DNA of 64,000 nt from Gekko japonicus (taxonomy: Eukaryota), in NCBI RefSeq assembly GCF_001447785.1, contig NW_015168102.1, positions 1-64,000 of the forward strand, written 5' to 3'. Below are positions 12,727 to 33,489 of the stretch, piece by piece (the stretch's first letter is position 1; each line of letters starts with the position of its first letter). The translations under genes and the position numbers were made by a program. The notes beneath the pieces were generated by a model. The model saw only the letters and a program-made list of their open reading frames with translations, made no database searches and was not told the origin of the DNA.

Positions 12727-14293
12727 GACTGAGTCAGATTGGGGTGACGAGAGAGGAGGTCCTATGACTGATTTTTGTTGTTGTTGTTCAGTCGCACAGT
12801 CGAGTCCGACTCTTCGCGACCCCATGGACCAGCTTAAAAACTGACAAATCACCAGGCCCGGATGGCATACATCCAAGAGTTCTGAAAGAAATGTGAACTT
12901 GTGGATCTCCTGACAAAAATATGTAATCTTTCATTAAAATCTGCCTCCATTCTTGAGGACTGAAAGGTAGCTAATGTCACTCCCATCTTTAAAAACTGGT
13001 TCCAGAGGAGATCTAGGAAATTACAGGCCAGTCAGTCTGATTTCGATACCAGGTAAATTGGTGGAAACTATTATTAAGGAAAGAATTAATACGCACATAG
13101 ATGAACAAAAACTATTGAGGAAGACTCAGCATGGGTTCTGTAAGGGAAGATCTTGTCTCACTAACCTGTTAGTGTTCTTTGAGGGAGTGAATAAACGTGT
13201 GGACAAGGGGGACCCAATAGATGTTGTTTACATTGACTTCCAGAAAGCTTTTCATAAAGTTCCTCATCAAAGGCTCTTAAGTAAGCTCAATAGTCACAAG
13301 ATAAAAGGACAAGTCCTTTTGTGGATCAAAAACTGGCTGATTAATAGGAAACAGAGAGTGAGTATAAATGGCCATTTTCTCAGTGGAGGGTGGTAAGCAG
13401 TGGGGTACCGCAGGGATCAGTACTCGGTCCACTGATTTTTAACTTGTTCATTAATGATTTGGAGTTGGGTGTAAGCAGTGAAGTGGCTAAATTTGCGGAT
13501 GATACAAAGTTGTTCAGGGTGGTGAAAACCAGTGAGGACTGTGAGGCACTCCAAAGGGATCTGTCAAGGATGGGCAAGTGGGCGTCAACATGGCAAATGG
13601 GGTTCAATGTGGCCAAGTACAAGGTGATGCACATTGGAGCCAAAAATCCTAAATATAAATACACAGTGATTGGTCTGAACTGGCAGAGACTGATCAAGAG
13701 AGAGATCTTGGAGTTGTAGTAGATAACTCACTGAAAATGTTGAGACAGTGTGTGACTGCAATAAAAAAAGGCCAATGCTATGCTGGGGATTATTAGGAAG
13801 GGTATTGAAAACAGATCAGCCAATATCATAATGTCCCTATATAAATCCATGGTGCGACTTCATTTGGAATACTGTGTGCAGTTCTGGTCACCACACCTCA
13901 AAAAGGATATTATAGCTTTAGAAAAAGTGCAGAAAAGGGAAACTCGAATGATAAAAGGGTTGGAACACTTTCCCTATGAGGAAAGGTTAAAGCGCTTAGG
14001 GCTCTTTAGCTTGGAGAAACGACGACTGAGGGGAGACATGATTGAGGTTTATAAGATTATGCATGAGATAGAGCAGGAACATATTAGCCACAAGGTATAG
14101 ATAGGAACTCACAGGCTGGGGCAGGGGATGCACTGTATTCTTGGTGGTTGGGGGGGGCAACAGTGGGAGGGCTTCTAGTGTCCTGGCCCCACCGCTGGAC
14201 TTCCTGATGGCACCTGGTATTTTTGGCCACTGTGTGACAGAGTGTTGGACTAGATGGGCCATTGGCCTGATCCAACATTGGCTTCTCTTATGA
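12727..14293 (+). mobile_element. CR1 LINE, 5'-truncated RT with 3' tail; a BovB 3' end (12775-12832, minus) is nested near its 5' end
   Basis: KSPGPDGIHPRVLKE, NYRPVSL, QHGFCKGRSCLTNL, SGVPQGSVLGPLIFNLFINDL, KFADDTKL, LEYCVQFWSP, LGLFSLEKRRLRGD. Confidence 0.95.
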
Positions 14294-14594
14294 TCCCTTG
14301 TAAGTCCACTCTTTCAGCTGCTAGCTATGAAGATTTCAGTAAATTAGGCACAGAGAAATCAATGACGTGCATGGATGTATCAGGGCTTTTATGACTGGCA
14401 GTTGGATGTGTGGGACTGAATTCAACTAAGTATGTTGCATCTGAGGAAATGGGGTGAGATCTGAGTGTTCTGTTTGCAGAGGTATATATGTGCTAACAGC
14501 CTATTTACACATGCAAACCATCACTTGACATTGCTGTCATGGATAGATGACATGCTACTCATTATTTTTGCTATACAGATGCTATAAAATGGTC

Positions 14595-14662
14595 TTCCTT
14601 CCTTCCTTCCTTCCTTCCTTCCTTCCTTCCTTCCTTTCCTTCCTTTCCTTCCTTCCTTCCTT
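14595..14662. repeat. (TTCC)n microsatellite
   Basis: Direct read. Confidence 0.95.
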
Positions 14663-15855
14663 AGCTCAAATGCCAACCCCCCTACTCAGCAAATATCCAA
14701 AACCACACTCAGTTGAACATCACCAGTTTTGTTGGGACCAGTAGCAGGATCAATGGTTCTTTCTAGACACCTGCTTTGCCATTCAATATTAAGGTCTCAT
14801 TCTCCTCCACCTTCCTTCTCCAAATCCCTTCAAAAATCACTGCCCTCAATCTCCAGCTCACTCTCCTGGGCCTGAGCACCCCTTGTGACTCCAAGTTCAT
14901 GACCATCTAAGTCCCTTCTCTGCATGCCACTGCTTGCCACCTCTTACAGTTCCGCAAGGCCTGTAAAACGGAGCTCTTCCACCAGGCCTTTGGGTAAGGA
15001 GCCACACCTAATAATCTAAGACCCTGAGCCCAATACCACCATCCAGCCTGAGCCTGACGGCAAAAAAAAAAATTAGCTGATTGTAATCTATATGTTTACT
15101 GCTACTGTGCACTGCCAACATTGTATAAACTGGTTTTAGTAATTATATTTCGGTTCATGAGGATATTTATATTGATGTTTTTATCTGTTATTTACTGTGG
15201 GGTGGGGTACAAATCAAACTAACTAAATAAATAAAATGCACTCTGGCTTCAAAATGCACTCACATCCAAAATGGGTTCTCCCCAAACCCACTAACCCATC
15301 CTGCTAGCCTAACATCCTTATCATTCTCTCCACTGCCTGCCGGTACCCATTCCATGCCTTCCCATGTGACCATAACTCCAGGCAAGAAGCAATGACTCTG
15401 CATCGTTTACATTCTCCTAAATTCTTCACATACCTAGACATCTGTACTGCTAGCAAGCAATGGCAGTTGTGTTTCTGTGGTGAAAACCACCCACTGTCAC
15501 TGTGGGATGATTAAACTGGGTGAGGAAAGCAAGCTTTCATCAGAAGCACCTGAGAGGAAGGAGGTGGAGGCAAGGGGGCATCTCAGCACCAACTTCTTAG
15601 CTGTTGACTGGCTAGGAGGTATCTTAATCCTGCCCTGGGGGAGGGGCAGCTTTTCTAGCCAGTCAGCAGCCATGGACTTGTGGAGTACAGAGATGCCCTG
15701 TGCCCTGTGCATCACCCCCAACTCAGCTCTCAAACGTATTTGATAGAAGTGTGAATTACTCACCCACCTGAATTGCTAGTGGTGGCTGGCAGCTCCTGCC
15801 AGCAAAATGCCCCACCAGTTGCTACTGAACCAAACAGGAAGAGAAAACACTGATG

Positions 15856-16290
15856 ACAGGAATAAATATAACAAATAGATGCAGTTCCTTGCTGAAGGAC
15901 AATTACATGGAACTTTTATGGGACATTAAGATAGACTTTGAAAAATGGAAAAACTTACAAAAATCCCTGATGGGAAGAATAGCTACAATAAAAATGAACA
16001 TTTTACCAAGATTGAATTTTTTTTTATTTCAAACAATTCCAATCCTTCAAAATCAAAAATATTTTAAAGAACTTGATAGATTGATGGCACAATTTGTATG
16101 GCAAGACAAGAAACCAATAATAAAATTGAAAGCACTACAAGATGCAAAAGAAACAGCTGGATTTACAATGTCAGGTTGGCTTTTATATTATATAGTATCA
16201 TCACTGACGTGGTTAAAAGAATGGATTACATTAGAAAATACCAGACTATTAACGTTAGAGGGATATGAATTACTATTGGAAGAACAAGTG
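15856..16290 (+). mobile_element. L1 LINE ORF2 fragment (post-RT region)
   Basis: W..L..SLMGRIATIKMNILPRLNFFLFQTIP...FVWQDKKP, typical of L1 ORF2. Confidence 0.85.
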
Positions 16291-17589
16291 GTTTTTCCAG
16301 AAGCTCAGATTCTAAATTGCATGTAGCTGCACCAATAAATACTTTTGAAAAAGAAAATAAAATAAAATACTGATGATGTGGCGTGCCACATCAGCCACTG
16401 TGAAGTCAATCCTTTTGCCTAAAACAAGAGTTCCAGTTTCCCAGACTTGAATGTGATCCAGTAATTTGTGTGGAATTTGGTAGTGATGCCAGAGACTGCT
16501 CCTGCACTGAGATTTCCAAAGGGCCCAAGCCTGTTGGATTCATAAGCTCTTATCATCATATGGCTCAGTTCAACCATCTCTGCCATGGGCCCCCACTGGT
16601 TTGAAGCAGAGGGATACTCATCACATAATGGGGCCAAGTTCAATGGTAACATTCGGTAAATTCAGCAGCAAGGTCTTGTGGTTTTGTTGGCCTTCTGTGG
16701 CCTGCTTCTGGAACTTCGGCAGTGGAACAATAGCGTTTAATGTAAGGCCACAATATCATGTTTTAAAATCATATAGTAAAGTTCATATTTTAGCCCTGCT
16801 CATGCTTTAAAAAATTCAAAAAGCTATAATTAGCACCAACTGCAATTGGTAGATAAAGCCATAGACCACAGACTTGGGCTTGATTTCTTAAAGAACTTGC
16901 AGATCTCATGAACTTCAATGGAATGCCAGCATACTGATTTGTAGGGTAAATTTAAAAAATACACTGAATTAACCCCAGACTGGAGATTTGTAGCTGGCAT
17001 CGGATGAACAAGGAAGAGAACAGCATTATTTCTGTACCAGATGGCTTCCTTAGGAAGATGATCCATTAACTTAAAATAAACCCCGTTATCCAATTAAAAA
17101 GAGGGGTTTCTTAGTACCATGTTTCATAACTGTGATGAGTTTGCTTTGGTGTTGACATAGGACAGGCTGACCACTTAAGTCTAAGTCATTTAGGCACTAT
17201 TAGCTCTGTTTTACAACTTTAATGGCTTAAGGTTTGTTTGAGGAGCAATGTTGCCAGGTGGTGGAGCTAGTCCTTTTTAAGGTTTTATGACGACAGGAAA
17301 TTGCTAAGGAATCTTCTTGCTGCACCCTAGCGTATTTGTAACATATAAGCTATTGCAGCAGTAAAGCAAAGTCATGTGCAATTATGATATCGTTTCTTCA
17401 GCTTTAGATAAGCTATTTGACAGGCTGTTAGCCTGAATGTGAGAAATAATGTCGTCATCATGTGCATTGCTATAGGCAAATGTTTGATCTCCAGAATGAA
17501 AAGTACCACATATAATCTGAACATTTGGGCTGGGTTGTCAGCAATACATGGGTGACACTCTAGCAAGAGCTTCCAAATTATCCCAGGGA

Positions 17590-18065
17590 GGCTGTAGAAA
17601 CCCTGAACCAGTGCCTGGAGGCAGTTGTGGAGTTGATGCTGGCCAATAAATTGAGGCTTAACCGCAACAAGATGGAAGTGCCACTGGTGAGCAGAAGAGC
17701 TGGTCCTGCTGTTGGATAAGCAGGTGGTAGCTGTGGCCAGGAGTGCCATTTACCAGCTTCGACTGGTTAGCCAGCTCTAGGTTTTCCTGGGCAGAAAAGA
17801 TCTGGCCACTGTGGTACCATTAGATTCGATTACTGCAATGAACTCCACCTAAGGCTGCCCTTGAGAAATGTTCATAAACTTCTATTGGTTCAGAATGCTG
17901 ATTTAAAGTGGGTAGGGACTATATCTCTCCAGTCTGGGGCCATCCACACTGACTTCCGATTTGTTCCCATGCACAATGAAAGATGCCGGTGTTGATCTTT
18001 AAAGCCCTGTATGGTCTGGAACCAACATACCCAAAGGACCTCCTACTCCCTTACGAACCCACCAA
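17590..18065 (+). mobile_element. Old L2 LINE fragment
   Basis: Degenerate CLEAVVE, KLRLN, RFDYCN, LLVQNA and LIFKALYG motifs. Confidence 0.7.
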
Positions 18066-18489
18066 GCTGTTATGGGTTCCTGTTTTCTTCCTGTTCTTCA
18101 CACTCAGGTGGCATTCCTCCTGTTTCACCCCTTGCTCAGTGGTGGCCTAATACTTACCCTCGGGCCTTTCTCCAGCTAGTTACACAAATGCATTTTAGAG
18201 GACTCTTCTGGAACAGTATTATTTAGATGATAAAGTGATAGTAACATTAGTTCTCAGCCTGCAAAGATGGGACTTGCCCGGGTAGAACTTTTCCCTGAGG
18301 TTAGTAAAGTTTCACATCTGGATCCAGCACCTTCTGGTTTTCTAAGCCTTTTACTGAAAAAAGCTCATGTGCATGCCATTGTAATGCAGGATCTGGGAGT
18401 CCCAGTTTCAAAACCCCACTCTGCAGTGGAATCTTGTTGGTGGACCTTGGTACAGTCACACACTTTCGGCCTAACTTAGTTCACAGAGC

Positions 18490-19408
18490 TGTTGGGAACA
18501 CCATCAGCGTTGTTTACCTGGATTTCAGTAAGGGGTTTTTTGGGGGGTGGGTTTTGTGTATCTCTGTGTCTCTGTGTGTGCTTGCATGCCTGGAAGTCAT
18601 GGTGACTTCTGGTGACCCGCAGTGGGGTTTGAATGTTTCAGGGAGGTGGCTTGATAGCCTGCCTCTGCGTCCCGAGCCCTGGTACTCCTTGGTCCCTTCC
18701 AATTACTTGCCAGGATCGGCCCTGCTTAGCTTCAGAGATCTGATGAGATCAGACTTGCCTGGGCTATCCAGGTCAGGTCATTTCAGTAAAGCTTTTTATA
18801 GGGTTCTCCATGATGTTCTGATGGGTAAACTGGAGTATTGTGGACTGGACTCCAGGACAGTTAGGAGGATAGGAAACTGGTTGGAGAACCGTACTCAGAG
18901 AGTAGTCGTCAATCGTGTCGGAGGGAGATGTCCAGTGGGGTGCCATTTCTGTGCGTTTCTGGAGGCCTGCGAGGGCAGAAAAGAGCAACAAGGATGATCA
19001 GGGGCCTGGAGACCAGGCCCTGTGAGAAAAGGCTGAGGGACTTTGGGACGTTCAGTCTAGAAAAGAAGAGGTCGAGGAGGGACGTGATCCCTTTCTTTAA
19101 ACATTTAAAAGGCTGTCACAGGAAGGCAGGGAGTTGTTTTTGTTGGCAGCAGAGGATAGGACTTGCAATAATGGGTTTAAATTACAGGCAGAAAGATACC
19201 AGCTTGATATTAGGACTATTTTTTTTACAATAAGAGTACTTTAGCAGTGGAATCAGCTGTCTAGGGAGGTGGTGAGCTCCCCCTCACTGGCAGACTTTAA
19301 GCAGCCGCTGGACAAACACTTGTCAGGGATGCTTTAGGCTGATCCTGCATTGGGCAGGGGGTTGGACTAGATGACCTGTATGGCCCCTTCCAACTCTATG
19401 ATTCCATG
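18490..19408 (+). mobile_element. CR1 LINE fragments with 3' tail, interrupted by a 5S-derived SINE
   Basis: VVYLDFSKAF, NWLENRTQRVVVN, FSLEKKR; tail CCCCTTCCAACTCTATGATTCCATGA. Confidence 0.85.
18532..18779 (-). mobile_element. 5S rRNA-derived SINE (SINE3-like)
   Basis: CCCTGCTTAGCTTCAGAGATCTGATGAGATC is the reverse complement of the 5S core GATCTCGTCTGATCTCGGAAGCTAAGCAGGG; 10-bp TSD ATTTCAGTAA at 18522 and 18780. Confidence 0.75.
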
Positions 19409-19524
19409 AACATAAAACAGAGGAAATGAGAACAATGTAAGCACTCTCAGTGCCCATTAAGAAAAGCAGGGTACAAACGAAAGGAAACAAATAAGCAAAC
19501 ATCAATAACTAGCAAATGTGACAC

Positions 19525-20310
19525 TATACCAGCATGGGTTTAGCAAGGATAAGTCATGCCAGACCAACCTTATCTCCTTTTTTGTCAGAGTTACTAAAAT
19601 GGTTGACTCTGGCAATGCTGTGGACATAGTGTATCTAGATTTCAGTAAAGCATTTGACAAAGTCTCTCATGATATCCCTGAGGATAGGCTGGATGGGGCA
19701 ACTGTTGGATGGATTCATGGTTGGTTGAAAAATCGTACCCAACGAGTGCTTGTAAATGGCTCTATGTCAACATGGAGGGAAGTCTCGAGTGGAGTGCCAC
19801 AGGGCTCGGTCCTGGGCCCGGTGTTGTTCAATGTTTTTATAAATGACCTGGAGGAAGACATAGAGGGGATGCTTATCAAATCTGCAGATGACATGAAGCT
19901 GGGTGGGATTGCTAATTCTGAAGAAGACAGAGTCAGGATTCAAAATGATCTAGATAGGCTGGAACAGTGGGCTGAGACAAATAAAATGAATTTCAATAGA
20001 GAGAAGTGCAAAGTCTTACACTTAGGTACAAAAAATCAAAAGCACAGATATAGAATGGGAGGGACTTGGCTTGACAGCAGCACATGTGAAAGGGGTCTAG
20101 GTGTTCTGGTTAATCACAAGCTAAACATGAGCCTGCAGTGTGATGTGACTGCGAAGAAAGTTAATGCAATCTTACGATGCATTAACAGCAGCATTGTGTC
20201 CAGATCACGGGAGGTGGTAGTTGCGCTCTATTCTGCTATGGTCAGGCCTCACCTGTAGTACTGTGTCCAGTTTTGGGCACCATATTTTAGGAAGGATGTT
20301 GACAAGCTTA
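19525..20310 (+). mobile_element. CR1 LINE RT fragment
   Basis: ORF 19518-20258: QHGFSKDKSCQTNLISFF, YLDFSKAFDKV, SGVPQGSVLGPVLFNVFINDL, FNREKCKVLHLG. Confidence 0.92.
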
Positions 20311-20865
20311 CAATAAGCGTGTCCCCACAACAGACACCCTGTGAGGTAGGTGGGGCTGAGAGAGCTCTCACAGAAACTGCTCTTTTTCAAGAACAGCTGT
20401 TATCAGAACTACGGCTTGCCCAAGGTCATCCAGCCAGGTGCAAATGGAGGAGTGGGGAATCAAACCCGGTTCTCCCAGATTAGAGTCCGCGCACTTAACC
20501 ACTACACCAAACTGGCTCTCTATACCAAACTGGCTCTCCAACATCCAACATACCATACAGAGGACTAGGATCATAAATATTAGAAACATCCAGCGGGAAA
20601 GTATCGGACATGGTATGTCATGAACAATGCAAAAAATGGAATTACTAACGTGGGAAAACTATAAGACTATAAGTGCTATAAGAGCAAGATAAATACATAT
20701 AATAGTGGAATAGGCTACAATCCCATTCCCTTTATAAGGGCAGCCTCCTGATCAATTCCATTGTACTATAGCTTTATTTCCTTTCTAAAAATGTCCTCCT
20801 GAACAATTGTTTTACACAACCAGTGAAATGACAGAAATATGGGGAGCCTTTCTGACCTCCTCCAT

Positions 20866-21203
20866 AGGTTGGCCAGGTCCCCCTGGCAACTGGTAGAGGC
20901 CTTTGCCAGTGACACTCTGATTTCACTGGTGACGCACTGACATCAGTTCCTGTGTGCACTGGAAATGATCTGTGTATTGCTAGCAAAGCCAGTGATACTC
21001 TGACATTTTGCCCAAATACCAGCGCGTCCCCCAGTGACTTACTGTCGTCACTTCCAGGTGAACAGGGAGTGAAGTCAGTACGCTGTTGATTCCTTCCCCG
21101 TTTTGAAGCCATTTTTTTTCCCTGTGGGCTAGCTGAGCGGTGGCAGGGAGTGCCCGCTGGGGCATGGGATCCCCCCACCCCGAAGAGGGGCTTGGCAACC
21201 TTA
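20866..21203. mobile_element. Probable hAT-type MITE
   Basis: Imperfect termini TAGGTTGGCCA...TGGCAACCTTA; no clean TSD. Confidence 0.45.
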
Positions 21204-21654
21204 CATCCTCAGGCAGGCCATTCCACAACACGGAACGCACATTCTCATTTCACTGTGGCCTATCCTGTGTTGCTGCCTTTCACTGTAAACATGTTCTATG
21301 TCATTTCTACGCCATTTAGCATGTCCTGCTTAAATGCTTATGCTTTGTTTCAAGTTTGTTTCGGCTCTTTTTTGGATTTCTACTTGTTTTCAGATATCTG
21401 AAGTCTGATCCCTATTGCGTTCTTTGCTGAATGTCCCATCCTGTTGGTTGTATTTGGCTTACACTATGCAATGTACCTGGAGCACCAGTGAGAAAGGCAG
21501 ACTATAAATAACACAAATAAGTAAGTAACAGGCCAACATTGTTCAGAAGGACATTAGGGGGAGTCCCTTTTCAGTCATGTTTTGCTTTTACGTTGTCTCC
21601 TACTTGTTTTCCATTAAGAAGGTTAAATTAATAAAACAAGTTAACTTAATCGTA

Positions 21655-21879
21655 AAGGTAAAGGTTCCCTTGCTCGAAAGCCAGTCGAATCCGACTCTAG
21701 GGTTGCGGTGCTCATCTCCGTTTCAAAGCCGAAGAGCCAGCGCTGTCCGAAGACATTTCCGTGGTCATGTGGCCGGCATGACTAAACACCAAGGAACACG
21801 GAACGCTGTTACCCTCCCACTGAAGTGGTACCTATTTATCTACTTGTAATTTCTTGCTTTCAAACTGCTAGGTTGGCAG
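21655..21879 (-). mobile_element. Sauria SINE, 5'-truncated
   Basis: Perfect 9-bp TSD TTAATCGTA at 21646-21654 and 21880-21888. Confidence 0.92.
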
Positions 21880-22329
21880 TTAATCGTACAAAATAGAATT
21901 TGCAGTTTTCCAATCCACTGCACACTGTTTAGATGAATAAAGACTGATGTTTCATTGTATGGACAATTATGTGACTGAACATAGTTTTAGGTGATATATT
22001 CTTTGTAATGGTATGTGATGTCATTGTATTTTTTTAATAATGCATCAAAACCATCTTCTAGCTTACTGCTTCAGATACGCAGCTGAAAAAAGGCATCACT
22101 TGAAAGGAACAATAATGCCACCTAATGGTCAACTGTGTCACTAAGTTTGGACTCCGCTGCTTTCAGAACATGATTAACCAGTTTTTGAGGACAGATTTTA
22201 CAGGAGCCACTTTCATCTCATATCTTCTTGCATACCTGGGAGTAACACCTTGCTAATATCTTCACTAGTTCTTGTAGTAACTACGATTATCAGAGTAATT
22301 GGAACTTAGCTGAACTAAAGGATTGGCCC

Positions 22330-24420
22330 CCTGTTCGACCAGCTAAAATTAGTTTTCTAATTTTTCAAGTGAAAAATGAGAAGGCCCCTGGTGAAGGTTT
22401 AATTCCCCCAGAACTCTTCAAAGCCAGTATCTCATGGTGGAAGGGTATATTGGCAACTGTATTCACTCAGATAAATGTGATCGAAGTTATGCCACTTGCC
22501 TGGAGACATGCTATCATAATACCAATTTATAAGAAGGGAGACTAAGTGGACCCATCCAACTACAGGCCAATCAGTCTTTTATGAGTGGACAGGAAGCTTT
22601 ACACTCTCTCCCTTTATTTCCGACTCATGGATTGGTTGGAAACTAATAAAATCTTAGGAAGGGAACAGGCTGGTTTTAGGCGCAGGGCTGGTACAGATCA
22701 TCATCTTCTGACACTACAGTTCTTAATCAAGAAATAAACAACCAAGAGTCGGGGGATCCTTGCTGCTGCCTTCATGGATTTGACGGTGGCTTTTGATACC
22801 ATACCGTGCGCCCATTTGTGGCATAAGCTAAAACAAACATCTACTGACAATAAACTGTTGGCTTTGAGAGTCTGTATTCCAATGCTCCCTCTAAACTGTG
22901 GAGTCTTGTGAGCAAAAATTCTACTTTGTGAGCTACTGGCATTAAAGTTGTGAGCGAGCGATTTGGCTACTGCATAAATTAGTTTGCTCTGGAGCCATCC
23001 TTCTTGAGCAGAGACAAAAATGTGTGAGCCAGAGGCTAAAAAACTGCGAGCTAGCTCACATTAACTCAGCTTAGAAGGAACACGGATTCTAATCCCACTG
23101 CACAAATCTGCTACAGGTATGGACAACTTTCTGACATAATTTCTCTACAGCAGGGTGTGCTTCAGGGGTGTGTGCTGGTCGCTTTATTTAATTTATGTAT
23201 CAATGATATGATTTCTGCTGTCTCTGCCCAGAACTGTTATTCTCCATCTATTGCTAACATTAAAGTTTCTATTCTTTTTTGCTGATGATGAGGTTCTCCT
23301 ATCAAGAACAACATCAAGACTGTCCTGATAGAGGCTTTGTCTCTTACTGTCTGAAAGAATGCCTGATAGTTAACTATCAAAATAAAAAAATCGTTGTTTT
23401 TGAGAAAAATCTCATGTACACCCCAAGTGGAAAATTCACGATAATTATGTTGAGGAGGTCCCTCATTTTAAATACTATGGGGCTTGTTTAACCAGAGATT
23501 AACTTGGTCAGTGCAAGATGCTCATTTTAAAAGATTGGCTACGGAAGCATCAAATATTATCTGTGGTTTCTTTTATTCATCTGGGGTCAGTATATCCCAG
23601 CCACCATCAACCTGTTAATGCCAAGGTGGCCACACAAAGTTTATATGGGACTGGTATCTGGATTGACAAACTAGGGGAGTCCTTGGATTCAGTTTTTAAA
23701 TTCCTACATTCCACCTGCAGAATTCCAGATTGTGTAGCAGGGATGGCCCTCTGAACTGAATTGGACCATCTCTTGAAGCGTGGGCTCAGTTGAAGACTTT
23801 CCCCCTCAAAGTTATACTCTGCCATTCCAGAGGGCTACCTTGGCTTAGTCAAGGAGGACTCTTATGTTTCCCACTGGGATAAACTTGTAGAGCAATGACT
23901 TAAGTTCCTCAATCTTTCTTTGGACTTCCTTTATTCAGTTACCAGGCAGGGAGCCATAAGAACGAAATGTCTACATAAGTATGATTATAACAGTACAATC
24001 TGTAGAGCACAGCATGTTTTTTCTACTCAATTTGCTGGTATTCTTCCAGCTGGAGGGCTTCCCAATTACTGCTCATATTTGACTGTTCCTCACTATAGGC
24101 ATGCTTTTATGTTGGTGCGCCTGAATGCCCTACCATCTAGTTTTGCAAGGGAGGTATCGTAAGATATCATACTATGATAAGAGTATGAAACTGTCGTGCA
24201 GGTAGTGTAGACACCCTGTATCATGTGGCCTTTGGATGTAATTACTTTTCTAAGCCTAGAAATCTTTTAATTCTTCCTTTGCTCCAAAATATAGATCATA
24301 TGTAGACATTACCTCTTTTATTAGAGGATATTAGCAGACCTATCATTCTCTTTGGTGTGAATCATTTTGCATCTGTGATAGATTTTCACAGCCATTCAAA
24401 TGGAGTCTAGCTTTTCCTAT
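22330..24420 (+). mobile_element. Degenerate non-LTR retrotransposon (RTE-X-like) RT plus C-terminal Cys/His region
   Basis: KAPGEGLIPPELFK, IIPIYKKGD*VDPSNYRPISLL, EQAGFR, AAFMDLTVAFDTIP..LWHKL, QGCVL..FNLCIND; many stops; clade assignment tentative. Confidence 0.7.
22880..23085 (+). mobile_element. ~200-bp hAT MITE nested in the RTE-X-like LINE
   Basis: Same internal sequence as the 39068 and 57704 copies; degenerate TIR. Confidence 0.8.
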
Positions 24421-25865
24421 ATTTTAGTAATCTGCTTAGAGCTAATAAGTTAAGAAGCTGTATGAGGTAGATAGTATTACTGTAAAAGACTTGGTGATGA
24501 GTGACTGATTAATCCAATCTGTGCAAATGGTGGAGGTTGGCTAGGGCTTTTCTAAAGTCATAATTTACAACCCATGAGATGGAAAATTTTTGCAAAGCTG
24601 CTGCATCACGAATTGTGGATGTCATACATAAACCAGCATGGGGCACTGCTCTAATTACCTGCATAACTGAACTAGAGTAAAAGCACACTGAAGGTTTTTT
24701 CTAAGGAACAATAACATTTAGCAGCAACGCTTTCTACAGAAAGCACTTTATAGTTTTCTCTTAATCATGATTGAAGGAAAAGCCTTATAGTTCCTAACCT
24801 AGAGATAACAGCTACCAGAATTTTAATACACAAAGTTACATTACAATATTCTATACATGCCAACTATTCCCATTCTTTTTCCTTCAGGGGATTTTTGTGT
24901 GCAAGTCGTTAGACTGTTCTTCAGATTCCAATTGTCTTCCCTGAGACTCTAAAATTTAAATCTTGAAGTGGTACCAAGTAATGCGACACCCTGTCGTAAG
25001 GTCATACCCAAGATGTGGGATTTCTCATGCATTACAGGTGTTAAGATACCATACTCTGACAGAGTATGTGACTGTGGTGAAGGTACAAGGGAAATTACAA
25101 TGCTACCAATTTATATTTGACACAATTACTGTATTTTACACAACTTTTTTTCTCTGCAATCATACATACTTTTCTAGTGAAGAACTACCATACATATCTG
25201 ATAAAATGGGCTGCACATGGATAAAAACATACTTTTAAAAGGTTCTTGCAAGTCGGGGGACAGGTGCATCTCTCAGCCAATGCATAAACACTTAATGCTC
25301 CATGAATCATTTCATACCATGCAGGAGGCCTGCTTTGAACTATTAAGAACTGTTCAACAATAAATTATTTTTAGGGCATGCTCTGAGCTGGATGGCTCAA
25401 GGTGGCTTATAACAAGTAGAAACGATCTAAAGTATGATTTCCTAGTGTAGCTTTAAGAACAAAAAAACCCACTCTTCACTATAAAGTATGTGGAAGCCAG
25501 GCTGTTGCAGAGTAAATGACTACAGGAAGCAGAGCAGAACTTTTCTCAATGTGTAACTGGGAGAGGGGCACCCTGTGCAGTGATCCTTGGGGTGTTGTAA
25601 GTATCTCACTATTGTCATTCATCTTAAGGGTTGTAGGTACAGTATTCCCTTTATGTTGTTCTATTTAGCAGTATATACAACTGATCCCGAATTCCATAGT
25701 GCAAGGACATGTATGATCATATTCACACCATATGAGCCATAGAATAATTATGAAAGACAAATTTGTTCCTTTTTTAATACATCAACTGTCATCATAATAC
25801 CAGTAAACAGCATGCATAAAAATTAAGATTACACACTGAAGACTTTAACTGAACCAAGCACAGGT

Positions 25866-32888
<7,023 letters not shown>

Positions 32889-32889
32889 C

Positions 32890-33370
32890 GTTGCTCCAGG
32901 AACCGACCACTCTCCACGCCTCTTGCGGCCGCTGCTGTATCACGGCAAGATGGCAGACCCGGAACCGGAACTAGTGGGACCACTTTCAGCGGGTCCTACA
33001 ATTCCGGAGGCATTGTGTGCCGTACCGTAGAGGCGGAAGTAGCCTAGCATATACAGACATTGAAGGTAGCCAATGGGCCTTGGGTGTGGAGACGCCGTCG
33101 AACTCCGTAGCATCTCTATGGTTAAAAACCCTCCCTGGTTTGCTTTCGACAGTAAAGGTAGAACCCAGTTCACACCGGAAATACCGTTCTAGGGTTTCTC
33201 ATCTCTAATACCAGCATTCCTGGGCGGTGGGAAGTCACGTGGTTAGAGTGGCGGAGTACGGGCTAGAGAGTATCCAAATCAACATTCTTTACTCGGGACT
33301 AGACGGATTCCTAGTAGTGGTGCTTCCGTTCACTCGATAGCCAGGCCCTTTCCTTGACCGAGATGTCGTA
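32890..33370 (-). promoter_or_regulatory. PSMB1 CpG-island promoter
   Basis: CpG-rich. YY1-like CAAGATGGC 32946-32954, tandem ETS CCGGAACCGGAA 32959-32970, ZNF143/THAP11-like CTACAATTCCGGAGGCATTGTG 32996-33017, GGCGGAAGT ~33031, CCAAT ~33070, E-box GTCACGTGG ~33235. Confidence 0.75.
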
Positions 33371-33489
33371 GAAAAAAACCGCATTTCAGCAAATATAATA
33401 ATTTCAGCATATATAATAAAAAAATCGAGAGTCAAAGCTCCCTACGTCCCACAAAAGGAACAAGAACAGCGACAACAAAGACTCCATTC

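Noticed and set aside
16374-16393. 9-bp inverted repeat TGATGTGGC-GT-GCCACATCA; also a 7-bp one in PSMB1 exon 1
   Set aside because: Short isolated palindromes are compatible with chance in 64 kb, with no supporting context
18675-18770. 5S rRNA-like sequence; also the tRNA-like heads of SINEs
   Set aside because: Partial, diverged and fused to retroposon tails with TSDs, so not functional RNA genes
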